Assembly (NCBI GenBank): GCA_002269645.1
Contig: NIVC01000225.1
Coordinates: 186,001-250,000, forward strand
DNA: 64,000 nucleotides
DNA from: Macrostomum lignano
Taxonomy: Eukaryota
Direction of reading: 5' to 3'
Shown piece after piece: positions 63,017 through 64,000 of this stretch (within the stretch, counting starts at the first letter, position 1; the number at the start of each line of letters is the position of its first letter). The notes under the pieces were generated by a model. The model was given only the letters and a program-made list of their open reading frames with translations. It had not been told where the DNA came from and did not search any database. The translations under genes were made by a program, and so were the position numbers.

Positions 63017-64000
63017 CTGTGGTGCAAGATTTATGAGGCGGAATTAATTTTGGCATTCTTGAAGAATATAAAACACAACTAGAGTTTTAGCCATGTTATT
63101 GCCATAAGCACAGATATAAACATAGGAAGTTTACCTTGCATAAGCCTAAAATATTAATATAAGTCTTTGTCTACAATCATGATGTAAATCTAAACTTGTA
63201 GCAAGAGTGAATTCATTGCTAAAAACAATGCTAAATAGCAAAAAAGCTTTAGATCATCTTAGTTACTCATATTCAAACTGCCAAAGAAGCAGGTTAGAGT
63301 CATGAAAAAATATAAAGTACATTGTTATCAATAAATTTAAAACTTTTATTTTTGAGAAAAAAATGCTATATATTGTGCTTATTTAAGTAAATGGAGAAAA
63401 TAAAAATTGATTTCTATAAAGAGGGTTTATTTCAAGGAGGCTAAATATACAAATAGGAATATACTATTTTTAACAATATCAAACATAGGAAAAAAATTTG
63501 TACAAGTCTAAATCAAAAGCTGTAGCTAATATAACCAGGCATTTACTATAAAATTATGCTTGGATTTTTTCCAGACAGCTTGGATTTGATTTTATGAATC
63601 ATAATTCATTTGAAATATTTTTCTTTTGCTTAATGACCAATTGTGAAAGGTAAATAAAATTAACCAACTTGTTTGTCATTGGAAAAATATACTGTTATAA
63701 TACAGAAACTACCAAGTAGAACGCGCTATTGGTAAAAAATAATTATTCTCTAATTTAACTTCAAATTTTCCAGTCCAGTGTCATGTAGTAATATCTAATT
63801 GATTTTTATAAATGTACAAATAACTTATAACGAGAGAAGAAACAAAATGCTGGAAATCCTGTGGCTAGGAATTTCATAGCAAAAACCCTTTAGTATAGGA
63901 ATTACTGAGCCAACTTCCCGCTGTTCCAAGCTATATTGCTAGGTCTAGGTACAATGCTTGCAAAGTCATTTAACTTTTCGTTGGGTCTAGCGAAAAGAAC

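Noticed and set aside
63017-64000. First (ATG) exon of the ATPase
   Set aside because: An in-frame TAA lies just upstream of the 63016 acceptor, and no convincing ATG+donor exon was seen in this AT-rich stretch; it may lie outside the window.

Overview
Eukaryotic (animal) genomic DNA: GC-rich spliced exons, and introns or intergenic spaces filled with unrelated mini- and microsatellites. This architecture plus TTAGGG-type repeats suggests a free-living flatworm such as Macrostomum (inference, not verified). Gene models assembled by hand from splice sites and reading phase: (1) tandem-PDZ, syntenin-like protein (+, ~6.0-9.65 kb, 5' end unresolved); (2) signal peptide + 2 Ig domains + GPI signal, Dpr/wirin-like adhesion protein (+, 11849-24212, 6 exons, 356 aa); (3) orphan 230-aa gene (-, 26090-26939); (4) NME5/nm23-H5 (+, 28772-29761); (5) intronless orphan tail-anchored membrane protein (-, 33518-34318); (6-8) a tandem cluster of three 3-exon insulin-like peptide genes (+, 40521-50475); (9) a Na+/K+-ATPase alpha-family (P2C) pump (-, 54617 to >63016). 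The two main discoveries: the three insulin-like peptides share an unusual 8-Cys framework with both extra cysteines in the A chain and all have an 11-residue C-peptide; and the P2C pump has an altered third Na+ site (D926N equivalent, C-terminal YY replaced by SF) and a GDGVND to GDGVSD change. Also present: a solo LTR with a 5-bp target-site duplication, an interstitial telomere-like array, a microsatellite-linked dispersed element in two near-identical copies, an inverted repeat pair, and about 35 tandem arrays. Most long ORFs in the supplied track are read-throughs of repeats. Repeat boundaries are approximate.
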